DNA from: Centroscyllium fabricii
Lineage: Eukaryota
NCBI GenBank assembly: GCA_051313645.2
Contig: JBNRSN020000010.1
Location: 9,238,001 to 9,302,000 of the forward strand
DNA: 64,000 nucleotides
Direction: 5' to 3'
In this document: in pieces, positions 1-11,557 of the stretch
How the letters are laid out: each line of letters starts with the position of its first letter
Position numbering within the stretch: the stretch's first letter is position 1
Translations under genes and position numbers: made by a program
The notes under the pieces: generated by a model
The model's input: the letters and a program-made list of their open reading frames with translations, nothing else
Databases searched by the model: none
What the model was told of the DNA's origin: nothing

Positions 1-1509
1 TGTGATCAATGTGGTGCAGTCACAAAGGGTCAAATGTTGTAGTCTGGTTTCTGTGTGAAAACTCACAGAAAGATTAAAAAAAAGACTTTTTTCAGGAAAT
101 CGCAGCTGCACCAGTGTAGAGAGTACAAGCCAAAGACGACTCGATTCTGAATGTCTCTAGGTCAGGTGGGGTCACATGTAGCGCGACATGAAGCCAATAT
201 CATGTTTGAGGCCGTCCTCATGAGTGCAGAACTTGGCTATCAGCCTCTGCTCGATGATTTTGCGTTGTCGTGTGTCTCGAAGGCCGCCTTGGAGAATGCT
301 TACCCGTAGATTTGAGGCTGAATGTCATTAACTGCTGAAGTGTTACCCGCCTGGGTGGGAACACACCTGCCTGGCGATTGTTGTGCAGTGTCCGTTCATC
401 GATTGTCGTCGTGTCTGCATGGTCATGCTGATGTACCATACACCGGCGCATTCTTTCCCTCAACATATGAGGTAGACAACGTTTTTTCGAGTCGTATGAG
501 TATGCACCATGTACCTGGTGTGTGGTGTCCTCACGTGTAATGATGGTATCTGTGCTGCTGATATGGCAGGTCTTGCAGAGGTTGCCATGGCAGCGTTGTG
601 TGTTGTCGTCGTTGCTGTTCTCCTGAAAGCTGGGTAATTTGCTATGAATGATGGCCTGTTTGAGGGAAGGTGGCTCCTTGGAGGCGAGTAGTGGAGGCTG
701 GTGGATGGCATTAACGAGGTGTTCATCGTCATCGATGACAAGTTGAAGGCTGCGAAGAACATGGCGTAGTTTCTCCGCTCCGGGGATGTACTGGACGACA
801 AAGGGTAGTCTATTGGTTGTGGCCCGTGTTCGTCTTCTGAGGAGTTTTATGCGATTTTATGTTGTGTCCCGGAGCATGGTACATCGGCGAGACCATGCAG
901 ACACTATGATAATGGATGAACGGACACTGTACAACAATCGCCTGGCAGCAGTGTTCACTCCCAGTCGGGGAATACTTCAGCAGTCAAGTACATTCAGCCT
1001 CCGATCTTTGGGTAAGCATTCTCCGAGGTGGCGTTCGAGACACACGACAATGCAAAATCGTCGAGCAGAGGCTGATAGATAAGTTCCGCGCTCATGAGGA
1101 CGGCCTGAACTGTGATTTTGCCTTCATGTCGCGCTACATCTGACCCCGCCTGATTTAGAGTCATCCAGACACGAGTCGTCTTTGGCGTGTTCTCTCGACA
1201 CAGATGCGGCTGCGATTTGAATTAAGAAAAATCTTTTTTTAAATCATTCTGTGAGTTTTCACACAGACACCATACTGCAACATTTGACCCTTTGTGACTG
1301 CACCTCATTGATCTCAGGCTGTGCATTTGCTTTGTAAGACTCTCTGCTGAGGTGTGATGTTGGAAAGACTATTTGGCTCTCTCCCTCCTATATATGCTTT
1401 TTTTAAATGAATCTCCTTTCCACACCTGATGAAGGAGCTACGCTCCGAAAGTTTGTGATTTCAAATAAAACTGTTGGTCTATAACCTGGTGTTGTCTGAC
1501 TTCTTACAA
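1..1509. mobile_element. Penelope-like retroelement remnant with inverted arms (copy 1; left end lies outside the window)
   Basis: 1-~445 is the approximate reverse complement of ~865-1320. The + arm reads GAWYIGETMQ..MNGHCTTI..VGEYFS..VEQRLIDKFRAHEDGLN (GIY-YIG C-terminus). The - arm also has NVVYLIC and a Cys-rich linker. The element ends at TTTACTAATATA, the TSD seen in copy 2. Confidence 0.88.
1421..1457 (+). ncRNA. Minimal type I hammerhead ribozyme motif in Penelope 3' end
   Basis: cac-CTGATGA-a-ggagc-tac-gctcc-GAAA-gtttgtg: hammerhead core with stem II. The stem III palindrome AGCT is mutated to AGTT. Confidence 0.65.
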
Positions 1510-2105
1510 TTTACTAATATATGCATAGAATACAAAACCTAGGAAGTTATGATAAACGTTTATATAACGCTGTCGAGGCATCAGCTGGAGTATTGTGTTC
1601 AATTCCCGGCACCACACACTCGGAAGTTTGTCAAGGTCTTCGATAAATGCAGAAGAGATTTACATGAATGACACTAGATTTGAGGAAGATCATTAACGTG
1701 GAGAAAATGGAGAACCTGGGTTTGATCTGCTTAGAGCAGAGAAGTTTGGCAGGGGATTGGATACATGTCTTCAAAATGATGAACGGCTTTGATAGACTAA
1801 GTAAGAATATATCGTTTCCAGTGGTATAATGTTTGCTTACCAAAGTACACACACTTAGTGTATCTGGCAAAAGAACCAGAGGCGATTTGAGGCGATCTTT
1901 TTTAACGTAGCGAGTTTTCGTGGTCTGGAATGCACTGCTTGAAATGATGGTCGAAGCAAATACAATAGTAACTTTAAAAAGGGCATTTGGTCAATACTTG
2001 AAGTAAAAAATACTGTGAAGAGCAAGGATTTGGGACTAATTGGAAAACTCTAACATCGAGCCAGCACAGGGCGATGGGTGGAATGACCTCCTATGTGCTG
2101 TCATA
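1510..2105 (+). mobile_element. CR1/HER1 LINE 3' fragment (degenerate)
   Basis: cagctggagtattgtgttcaattc (QLEYCVQF), cttagagcagagaag and a CR1-type 3' UTR. Confidence 0.8.
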
Positions 2106-2309
2106 ATATGACTTAATGGGTATAAATGTCAACGTGACAGATTTACCAGGCTTTTCGCCTCCGACTAAATGCCATTCTGTCCGAATTCATGTGGGCCTGC
2201 CTTGCTGAATGGATCATATATGCCAAAGGAAGTTTATAGAGTTGTATGTGATACATTTTAACAGATATGACTCTGCTGATACGACTATCACGCAGGCTGC
2301 TGAAAGTTA

Positions 2310-2560
2310 CAGCATTTCAAACAATAGCTTGCATTTATATATCTTTAATACAGAAAAATGTCCCAAGGTACTTCACGAAGTCATAATCATGAGAATTTCA
2401 CATTGCGCCAAAAAGGAGATATGAGGAGGGCTGGGTGACAACACGTTTATTGAAAAAGGAGGGCTTCTGGAACGCCAGAAAGGAGGAGAAGGAAGTGACG
2501 GGCGTTGGGGAGGGAGTTATGGAGCATGGGGATTAGGTGAGTTAAAATACATTTGTCAAT
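2310..2560 (-). mobile_element. Old L2-type LINE 3' end
   Basis: cttgcatttata...aaatgtcccaaggtacttcac matches the L2/Deu-SINE-type tail on the - strand. Confidence 0.5.
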
Positions 2561-3169
2561 GGCAAGTCACTAGTTGTTCAGAAGCTTTGAAAATGTATGC
2601 AGACGAGTATATTTGAGAAAAGGTAATTGAATGTATGCTTAACGGGTGAGTTAAGGTAGGTCTAATGGGAAGAGATTCATGTGGAGTTTCAACACCAGTA
2701 CAGCGTAGTTTTACTAAATGTCCTGTTTCTGTATTGTATATTCTGGGCAATTCTGTGTAACACACGAAAGGCTAGACTCAGGGGAACGTTGATTTACAAA
2801 GATTGGGTGGGGCTAGGGCATGATGGGTTTATTCAGGATTATATAAATATGTTCATTTTTGGGAACACGTGCGAGTTTAGGTTACTGGAATATTCACTGC
2901 CCAATGTACCTCAAACTGACTTTACATTACATTTGCATACCATTGCACTTTAATTCTCCGCACATCTAATACTTGTTTTTTACATAAATCTTAAGCCAGA
3001 ATGAACATAACAACTGGACTCGCAATCAAAATCACAACACGCAATCTAATGCGATGATGTGGATTGATTCCACTTGCCTTTTGTGATCGATCGAGGCATT
3101 GTCACCAGCAGCACAGACCGCAACACCTAATATTGCTACAATTCCACATTTTTAGTCGATACATTCACG

Positions 3170-3705
3170 CCAATACCACTGATCCGCAGGAGGCTCAGCT
3201 GGATTGTTGTGTACAATTCTGTGCACCACACTTCATGAAGGATGACGAGCGCCTGCAGTGGGTACAGACTGGAGTTACCAGGATGATACCAGGGATGAGG
3301 GACTTCAGTTATGTGGAGATATTGGAATGCGGGTGGTTGTTCGGCTTAGAGCAGAGAACGTTACGATAGTTCTAATCGAGGTGTGCAAGATTAAGAGGGT
3401 TTTGAATGGAGCAATTAGCGAGAAGCGGATTCTCTGGCAATTGGCTCGGTAACCAAATGTCATAGATTTAAAATAATTTGCAAAATCAATTGAGGAATGG
3501 TGAGGAGAAATTCATGCACACAAAGGGTTATTAGGATATCACTACCTGAAAGAGAAGTGTGTTCAGAATCCATAGGAATTTTCAGAAGGCAATTGAACAT
3601 TTACTTGAAAATCGCTCATTTCCAGGGTTATGGGGAGAATGGCTGGGTTGTGTGATTTATTTGGAAAGCTCTTTCAAAGAGCCGGGACAGGCACAATGGG
3701 CGGAG
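3170..3705 (+). mobile_element. CR1 LINE 3' fragment
   Basis: Translation QLDCCVQFCAPHFMKD..RMIPGMRDFSYVE..LFGLEQRTLR matches the CR1 ORF2 C-terminus. Confidence 0.8.
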
Positions 3706-4223
3706 CGGGTGCGCTCGGCCGCCATGAGCTTGTCGGTTTCCTCTTCTAGCTCGTCCCCAATCCGGTTGTTGAAGACTGACAGGGCCGGTCTGATGGAGGG
3801 GGGCAGCTTAAGGAGGAAAATGGTGCGTAACGGGGTGGCGGGATCGATGGTGAGCGCTTGCATCTGGCCCCAAAGGTCGGATGGGTCTGCGTCCCCGAGT
3901 TCGGGGAGGTTAAGGAGTTGGCAGTCACGCTCGAACTGGGTGGGGGTGAATTTTATGAGTAGCGCGGCCTTGATGAACTCAAACCTGCCTGTTGCGGGCA
4001 CGTGCTGTAGCTTCGACCACATCCGATCGATCGTCGATTGCGGTAGGGCCGAGAAGACCAGTTCGTAGCGGTCGTCTCCCTGGATGCCATGAGTGCGGCA
4101 GCTGGTCTCTATGCATATAAACCACGCTGCCGGGCGTTCATCCCAGTACTCCGGTAGAGTTAGTCTGTGCCCGGGGTTCTGGCCAAGTCCTTGTTGACGA
4201 GAAGCTTGGTTTCTGTGAGCCAT
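3657..4223 (-). CDS. Truncated Ty3/Gypsy gag-like ORF (188 aa; last ~16 codons run into antisense CR1)
   Basis: LTLPEYWDERPAAWF..RYELVFSALP..FEFIKAALL..QLLNLPELGDADPSDLWGQM..LRTIFLLKLPPSIR resembles the 'LPPFW..P.AWF' (DUF7041-type) gag family. It lies just downstream of an LTR and PBS. Confidence 0.8.
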   Translation of the reverse strand: MAHRNQASRQQGLGQNPGHRLTLPEYWDERPAAWFICIETSCRTHGIQGDDRYELVFSALPQSTIDRMWSKLQHVPATGRFEFIKAALLIKFTPTQFERDCQLLNLPELGDADPSDLWGQMQALTIDPATPLRTIFLLKLPPSIRPALSVFNNRIGDELEEETDKLMAAERTRSAHCACPGSLKELSK

Positions 4224-4301
4224 TGTTGCATAAAAGTGCTCTGAGGCTGCTTGGCTTTAATTCCTGTAGAGCTGCTGTTTTCTCCTTGGAAGACGTTCCA
4301 A

Positions 4302-4552
4302 GTCGTGGTCACCAATGTAGCGCTTACAGGACCCAAGAACCACACAGGAGCATGAGAGACAGTTAACACTTGTTTAATCAACGAACTACATGAGAACAAG
4401 ACTGAACCACGAGGAGTGGGCTCATTTAAACTACCCGCTGCTGATGACCTCATCACGCCGATAGACGTGGTGACGTCATCGCGTCACCCGGTGGGCGGGG
4501 CTATGCCCTGCAGTACTCCCAAGGCGGATTCGCCAGCCGGCGTACCGCTACA
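4302..4552 (-). mobile_element. 5' LTR (4316-4552) plus tRNA-Trp-like PBS of the Gypsy element
   Basis: Termini TGTAGCG...CGCTACA. The - strand continues TTGGTGACCACGAC (PBS, 4302-4315). ATTAAA occurs on the - strand, and the LTR contains TGACGTCA and a GC box. Confidence 0.85.
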
Positions 4553-4674
4553 CTCCTCTCATTCCTAAATGCCTTATCCTGTATCCTGAGACGGTGACCA
4601 TTCTTTCTCATCCCCCCAGCCAGGGAAAACATTCTCCCTGCATCCAGTCTGTCTAGCAGATGCAGAATTTTAAA

Positions 4675-5280
4675 GGCAATGCAAGAAGCGGGAGAGAAAC
4701 CAGGAGGTATTTGTGCACAAATCTTTGAATATCGCAGGACAGGTTAACAAAGCAGTAATTCAAACACCTGGGATCCTGGACTTTATAACTATGGGCGGAG
4801 AGAACAAAAGCCAGTAAGTAATGCTTAAACAATGAAAAGAAAACTGCTCCATTTCGTCCCCAGCTGGAGTATTGTGCCCAATCCTTAGCATTATATTTCT
4901 GGAAGGACGTAGGGATTTTGGAGGAGGTTTAGAAGAGATTTACTAGAATGGTTCCAGGGTTGTGGGCCGAAGTTTTTTGATTAGACTGGAGAAGCTGGGT
5001 TTATTCTCCTTAGAGCATAGAAAGATAAGTGGAGATTTGATTGAGCTGGTTAAAAATCATGACGGCTTTAGATTGAGTAAATAAAGAGAAGCTACTTCCA
5101 TTGGCTGAAGGGACGTTAACTAGACGGTAAACATTTAAGGAGATTTGCAAAAGAACAACAGGCAACATTAGGGAAAATCTATTTACGCAAAGAAATGTCA
5201 AGATAGGAGTGCACTGTCTGATAGTGTAGTTGAAGCACATTCAATATTATACTTCACAAAGGGATCGGATAAATACTGGA
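4675..5280 (+). mobile_element. CR1 LINE 3' fragment (old)
   Basis: cccagctggagtattgtgcccaat, gaagagatttactagaatggttccaggg, ttctccttagagcatagaa. Confidence 0.75.
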
Positions 5281-5609
5281 GGCTTGCGGTCAGCTCAGTG
5301 TAAATGTTGGGGAGATTGGTACTGCAGATAGGCGAACTTCTATGTTAAAATTTAGGGGACCAGCAATACTATAGCAATATAGCCAGTTGTACTTTATGTG
5401 TAGGGTACCACGAATAACATCAGGCACAGTCAAATCTCGTGCAAGTGTAGTGGTACCACTAGTTCCTGAGGAGCATGTTGATCTCTAGTGCAAGTGTAGC
5501 TGTAACAGTAGTACTGGCAGCGGAATTTCATCTGCAGTGTAAGTAATGATGTACCAGTAGTATCGGTGGAGCACGGCATCATTCGTGTAAGTATAGAGGT
5601 GCCAGTATT

Positions 5610-7545
5610 CATAGAAACGTAGACACATAGAAGATAGGAGAAGGAGTAGGCCATTTGACCCCTCGAGCGTGCTCCAACATTCAATTAGATCATGGCTAAT
5701 AATCCAATCTCAGTACACTTTTCTGCCTTCTCCCCAAATACCTTGATCGCTTTTGCCTTAAGAAATATATCCAACTCCTTTTTGAATATATTTAATGATT
5801 TGGCCTCTACCGCCTTTTTTTGTAATGAATTCCACAAGTTCACCGCTCTCTGGGTGAAGAAGTTGCTCCCCATCTCTGTATTAAATGGCTTACGGTTATC
5901 CTTAGAATGTGACCCCTAGTTCTGTACTCCCCGAACATCGGGAACATCCCTCCTTGCCTTGTCCTTTTAGAATTTTACAAGTTTCAATGAGATCCCCTCT
6001 CATTCTTCAAAACTCCAGCGAGAAAAAGCCCAATCGGCCTAATCTCTTCTCATACGTCATCCTTGACATCCCAGGTATCGACCTGGTGAATCTTCAATGC
6101 ACTCCCTCCCTGGCAAGAACATCCTTCCTCAGACAATGTGACCAAAACTGCGCACAATGCGCACAATGCTCAAGATGTGGTTTCACCAAGGCACTGTACA
6201 AATGAAGAAATACATCCTTGTTCCTGCACTCAATCAGTCTCGTTACGAATGCCAACATACCATTTGCCTTGTTAGTCGCCTGTTGCGTCGCCTGTTGCAC
6301 CTGCTTGCTTACCTTCAGTGACCTTTGCACAAGAACACCCTGGCCCCGTTGCACTTCCACTTCTCCCAATCTATTGCCATTTAGTAATAATTTGCCTTCC
6401 TGTTTTTTACACTGAAGTGGATAACCTCGCATTTATCCACGTTATATTGCATCTGCCATGATTCTGCCCAGTCAGCTAACCTGTCCAAATCATACTGGAA
6501 TTTCTCGGCATCCTCCTAAAAGCACCCACGCCCACCCAGATTTGTGTCATCTGAAAACCTGGAGATATTAAATCTAGTTCATTCGTCTAGTTCAATAATA
6601 TATATTGCGAATAGTTGGGGTCCAAGTACTGATTCCTGTGGTACCCCACTAATCACTGCCTGCCACGAGGGATAAAACTCATTTATTCCAACTCTTTAGT
6701 TTCTGTCTGCCAACAAGTTCTCTATCCAAGTCAATGGGCAAGAAATTTCAGTCCGCTCATATCGTGTTTAAGCTCTGGTGCGAGCACACCAGAGTTTAAA
6801 CCCGCAGGAAGCAGCCGATAGTGCAGCTTCGGATTTTCCTATGCCGGCCAGCGGGGTGTTGGAGTTCCTACGAGTTCCAGTGCAGGAAGCAGCGAACTAC
6901 TGGTGCGTCCAGATACTCCGACTAAAAAAAAATCATTCTGCGGACGATGACCAGGATTTTCTACGCTGAGAAAAAGCAGTCGTAAGTAACCTTTTTAATC
7001 GGGTAAGTGTGTATTTTATTGATTTTAATTGTTGTTCTTTCAGGTTTTTAATTGTTTATAAGTTTAAAGACAGGGAAGTATTTTTTTAGACGTGTTGGAA
7101 GTTGAAACATTTTTCTGTAAATTTTTATTTTTACTTTAAAATTGGTTATTTGTGTTAGTTGGGGTAATGTTAAAAAATGTGGTGTTTGTAAAATTTTATT
7201 TTTGTGTTTAGATGTCTTTTGGACAATCTCTCCTTTCAGAACCTGCACAGATTTCTCAGTGGATGTTTTGAACGGAGAATTGTTTCCACTGTGTGGCTCC
7301 CTGCCAATCAGGTGGTTTCAAAAGCCATCTCGCACTAAGTACGCCCTTCAGATGCCCATGAAACTCGCACGGAGCTCTGACAGGCTGGGCTAGCTGCAAT
7401 TTCTGAGTGCAAGAAAGCAAACCTGAATATGGGCAAGTCAAGTGCGTTAAGCAGGTACTACACACGCACGAAGACTCCACTGCAATTTCTGGGCCAATAT
7501 CTTGCCCACAATCCCATGTGCGCTAACTGTACATGCTAATCTCAT
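5610..7545 (-). mobile_element. CR1/HER1 LINE 3' part, interrupted by a MITE at 6736-7495
   Basis: - strand ORF pieces NFFTQRAVNLWNSL and KANGMLAF..LYSALVKPHLEHC..FWS; (catagaaa)-type tail at 5610. Confidence 0.9.
6736..7495 (+). mobile_element. Non-autonomous Harbinger/PIF-like DNA element (family A)
   Basis: Imperfect TIRs gggcaagaaatttcagt / actgcaatttctgggcc, 3-bp TSD AAT, and CR1 sequence resumes after it. Relatives lie at 25614, 32810 and 37779. Confidence 0.75.
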
Positions 7546-8904
7546 AGATTCATGCAGGGTAAGGCTGATCTCTCGAGCAGGGGTAGAGCACCAGTAATGT
7601 AAGTGTAGTTTTACCACTAGCACAGGTGGAGCACTGTTTTATCTGCAGTGTAAGTGGCACTGTGTCATTAACTGGAGGAGAACGGACAAATCCAGATAGC
7701 ATTAGCGAACCAGGAGTAAAAGCGGAGTAAGGTCATATCTAGTGTACGTGCAGGCTACCACTAGTACCGGTAAAGCAATGTCAACTGTCGTGTAAGTGGT
7801 GCTGTCACACTGGTAAAGGAGGAGCACGGTCACAACTAGTTTAAGTATAGTTGTACCAGAATTATTGGCAAAACACTATCACCTGTATTGTAGGTGTATC
7901 TGCAACACTAGTACCAGAAGGGTATGGCAAATTTTCGTGAAACAGCAGCGTGTCACTCGTAAAAGTAGAGGTACCATTAGTGGTACCACCAATACCAAAG
8001 GAGCGCGGCCTATTCCAATGGGAACAATTATTTCCAGAGGAGTATAGTCACCTCTGATATAAGTGTACGGTACCACTAGCAACAAAGGGACTGACTCACT
8101 ACTAGTGTAAGTGTAGAGTACCACAAGTACTGGTAAAGCACTGTCACCTCTTTTGGAAGCAAAGGGTATCACTAGTGCTGAAGGAGCCATGCCATCTCTA
8201 GGTTATGTATAGGGATAACATTAGTTATGTAGGAGCACGGTCACTTCTAGAATAAATGAAGGTTTACCACTTGTCCCAGAAGAGCATGGTCACATCCTAT
8301 GTTAGTGTAGAGTCTATTAGTACTAGAGAGGCATGGTCAGCCCCTGAAGTGATTATAGGATTACCACTAGCAACAGTGCAGCACGGTTACCTACAGTTTA
8401 TGTGTAGGGGGTAACACAACTACCGGAGGAGCACGGTCACCTGAAGTGTTACCTTTATGGACTAATTCTTACTGCAAGAACTCAATCTCATTTAGTGTAA
8501 GATTATTGGTACCACTAGTACTGGAAGAGTATGGTTACGATGTATACTGGAGGTGCATCCTCACATGCAAAATAATTATAATGTACCACTGGTACCTGAG
8601 GAGCATGGTCACCTCTAATGTAATTTTAGGGAAACATTTGTACTGGAGGAGCATGTTTGCATATAGAGTAAGTGTTGGGAACCTCTAGTACTGGAGGAGC
8701 GTGGTTACATATAATGTAAGTATCAGGTGCTACTAATACTGAAGGAGCATGTTCACATACCGTGTGAGTGTAAGGAACCACTAGTGCTAAACGTGAATGG
8801 TTGATTATAGTGTAAGTGTCGGGAATCACTAGTACCGGAGGAGCACGGTCATATATAGCGAAAGTGTAGGGTGCCACTGATACTGGAGGAGCATGTTTCC
8901 ATAT

Positions 8905-11440
8905 TCAATTTAATGCAATTCAATTCGATTTAAATCTATTCGCTTCAACTTTATTGTCATTTCACAGTCCACAAGCACAGCACAACGAAATGTGAACCCG
9001 TAAACTTCCAAGGCACGGCTAAACAGTCATCAAGTCACAACATATATAGAGTTATACATTTCGAATAAATAATTAAGTAGATAAGTAAATAAAGAATGCA
9101 AATAGCAATTCAAAGAGCAGATGAGCAAGGGCTGGGGAGCAAATGGGCGGATCGTGCAGTGTGTGTGTGTGGGGGCGGGGGGGGGGTGGTGCCGATGGTA
9201 GGCAGAGTTAGTGGTGAGTGACAGAGTTCAGCTGGGTAACATCCCTAGGGAAGAAGCTGTTCCTGAGCCTGGTCATGCAGGCTCGAATGCATCTGTAGCG
9301 CCTCCCAGGTAGTAGGGGGCAAGTAGTCTGTCGCTGAGATGGGTGGGGTCTCTGGCGATGCTGAGTGATCACTGCATGCAACGTTTCTAGTAAATATCCT
9401 GAACGGCCGGTTGCATGTTTCCGGTGATGTACTGGCCAGTTTTGACTAACAACCGCAGCCTTTCCTGTCAGACGTGTAGCTGATGCGATACCACAATGTG
9501 ATGCAGTTCGTCAGGATGCTCTCTATTGTGCAGCGGTAGAAGTTGGAGCGAAGCTGGGAGGACAGATTGACATTTTAGAGCCTCCGCAGGAGGTATAGGT
9601 GCTGCTGTGCCTTCTTTACCAAAGAGGACAGGTTGAGGGACCATGAGAGGTCCACCGTGAGGTGGATTCCCAGGAAACTGAAGCTGCACACGCTTTCCAC
9701 CTCAGCCGCATTGATGTAGATGGGGGATTTCTGCTGCCTCCGGACTTCCTGACTTACAAAATGAGGTCCTTGCTCTTCTTGGTGTTGCGGGCCTAGTTGT
9801 TGTCAGCGCTCCACGTCACAAGATTTTGGCCCTGATCACTGTAGGTGGCTTATCATTGTCGTGTTCAGGCCTACCACCGTGGTGTCCTCCACGAACTTGA
9901 TGGTTTGCGATTTGTGGACTGGCACACAATCATGGGTGAACAGGGAGTAGGGGACATCGCTCAGCATGCATCTTTGTGGGGCCCTGGTGCTCAGGGTGAG
10001 GATGGTGGAGGTGTGGTTGTCTAACCTAACAGACTGGAGGCTGTTGGTCAGGAAATCCAGGGTCCAGTTGCAGAGGGAACTTTTAAGGCCAAGGCTGTGG
10101 AGTTTGGTGGCAAGCTTGGTGGCGATGATGGTGTTGATTGCTGAGCTGTAGTCATTGAACAGCATTCTGACATAGGTGTCCTTGCCTTACAAGTGGGTCA
10201 AAGCGCAGTGCGGAGCAGTTAAAATGGCTTCTTCTGTTGACCTATTTGTGCTCTAGGCAAACTGGTGTTGGTATAGGGTGGCGGGTACATTAGCTTTTAT
10301 GTTGCCTGAACCAATCTCTTGAATCACTTCGTTATATCTGGGGTGAGTGCAATATGGTGGTAGTTATTCAGGCTCGTCGCAGCTGATTGTTTCGCCACTG
10401 GAATGATTGTTGTGGCCTTGAATCATGTGGGGACTACCGCCTGGGGCAGTGACAAGTTGAAGATGTCAGTGAGGACCTCAGCCAGCTGGTCAGCACATGC
10501 CTTGAGAGCCCGTCCATGGATGCTGTCTGTGCCAGCAGACGTACATGTGCTCACTCTGCATAGATAAACTCTTACATCAGAGGTGGACAGTGTGAGCACC
10601 TGGTTGTCCGGGGGTGGCAAGGTTACGATAGTTGGCTCGCTGCTGTACATTTCAAAGCGAGCATATAATTTGCTAAGCTCGTCAGTGAGGGAAGCATCAC
10701 TGTTCGGGGGGCAGGTGTTTTTGATATTAGAGTCAGTAATGGTTTGAATGCATTGCTGCTGTTTTGTTTTGTAAATGGTCCTCAATCTGAAGTGAGTAGT
10801 TGTGTTTGGCCTTCCTAATGCCCCTTTTCAGGTTAGCCCTGGCTGCACTGTAAGCCACAACATCGTCGGGTTTGAATGCTGCATCTCGTGTTTTCAGCAG
10901 CGAGCGGACTTCCCCCTTCACCACTGTTTCTCTTTCGGGAATGTACATATATCCTTACGGGTTGCAATGTACTGTGCACACCAGTTTAAGTAGAATATAA
11001 ATGCGGATGTCTATTCCTCAATGTCTGTGTGGGAGTCATGTGTGGCATCGCGAGAAACATTTTCCAGTCTCTGATTTCAAAACAGTCCTGGAATTCTGAA
11101 ATTGCTTCCTCTGGCCATACATTAACTGTCCTCAAAGATAGTTTGACTCGTTGGATGAGAGATTTGTATGCAAAGATAGATGGTCCGACGGCCCGAGGTG
11201 GGGCACTGTATGGCTGTGTATGCGTCCATGACAAAAGTGTAAACATGGTCCAGTGCGTTCTCACATCTTGTGGGGCAGGAGATATTCTGGTGGAGTTTTG
11301 CTAGTACAGTTTTGAGGTTTATCTGTTTGAATTCCCCGCAACGATAAGTGCTCTGTCCGGCTGCGCTGTTTTTTTTTGCTAATGGCACTCTGAAGGTCTG
11401 TCAGTGCTAGCTTGGCATTGACATTTGGTGGCATCTGGAC
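8905..11440 (-). mobile_element. Rex1/Babar-type LINE, 5'-truncated, degenerate EN/RT
   Basis: [55 protein letters not shown] and LKACADQLAEVLTDIFNLSL. AATAAA and a (TTGAA)n-like tail at ~8905-8955. Confidence 0.85.
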
Positions 11441-11557
11441 CGTGGTCATAATAACAGTGTATGTGTGCGTATCCACGAGTACTGGAGGAGCATGGTCACA
11501 TAAAGGGAAGGTGTAGAGAACCACTAGTACTGGAGGAGCACGGTCCCACATATTGTA

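Larger units (their letters stand above)
1..3705 (+). repeat. Segmental duplication, copy A (paralog 18451-22036)
   Basis: Colinear high similarity with an initial offset of 18450, covering the same succession of Penelope, CR1, L2, non-repeat DNA and CR1. Similarity ends at caatgggc(g/c)gag. Confidence 0.95.

Noticed and set aside
3559-4068. 169-aa + strand ORF
   Set aside because: Antisense shadow of the gag ORF.
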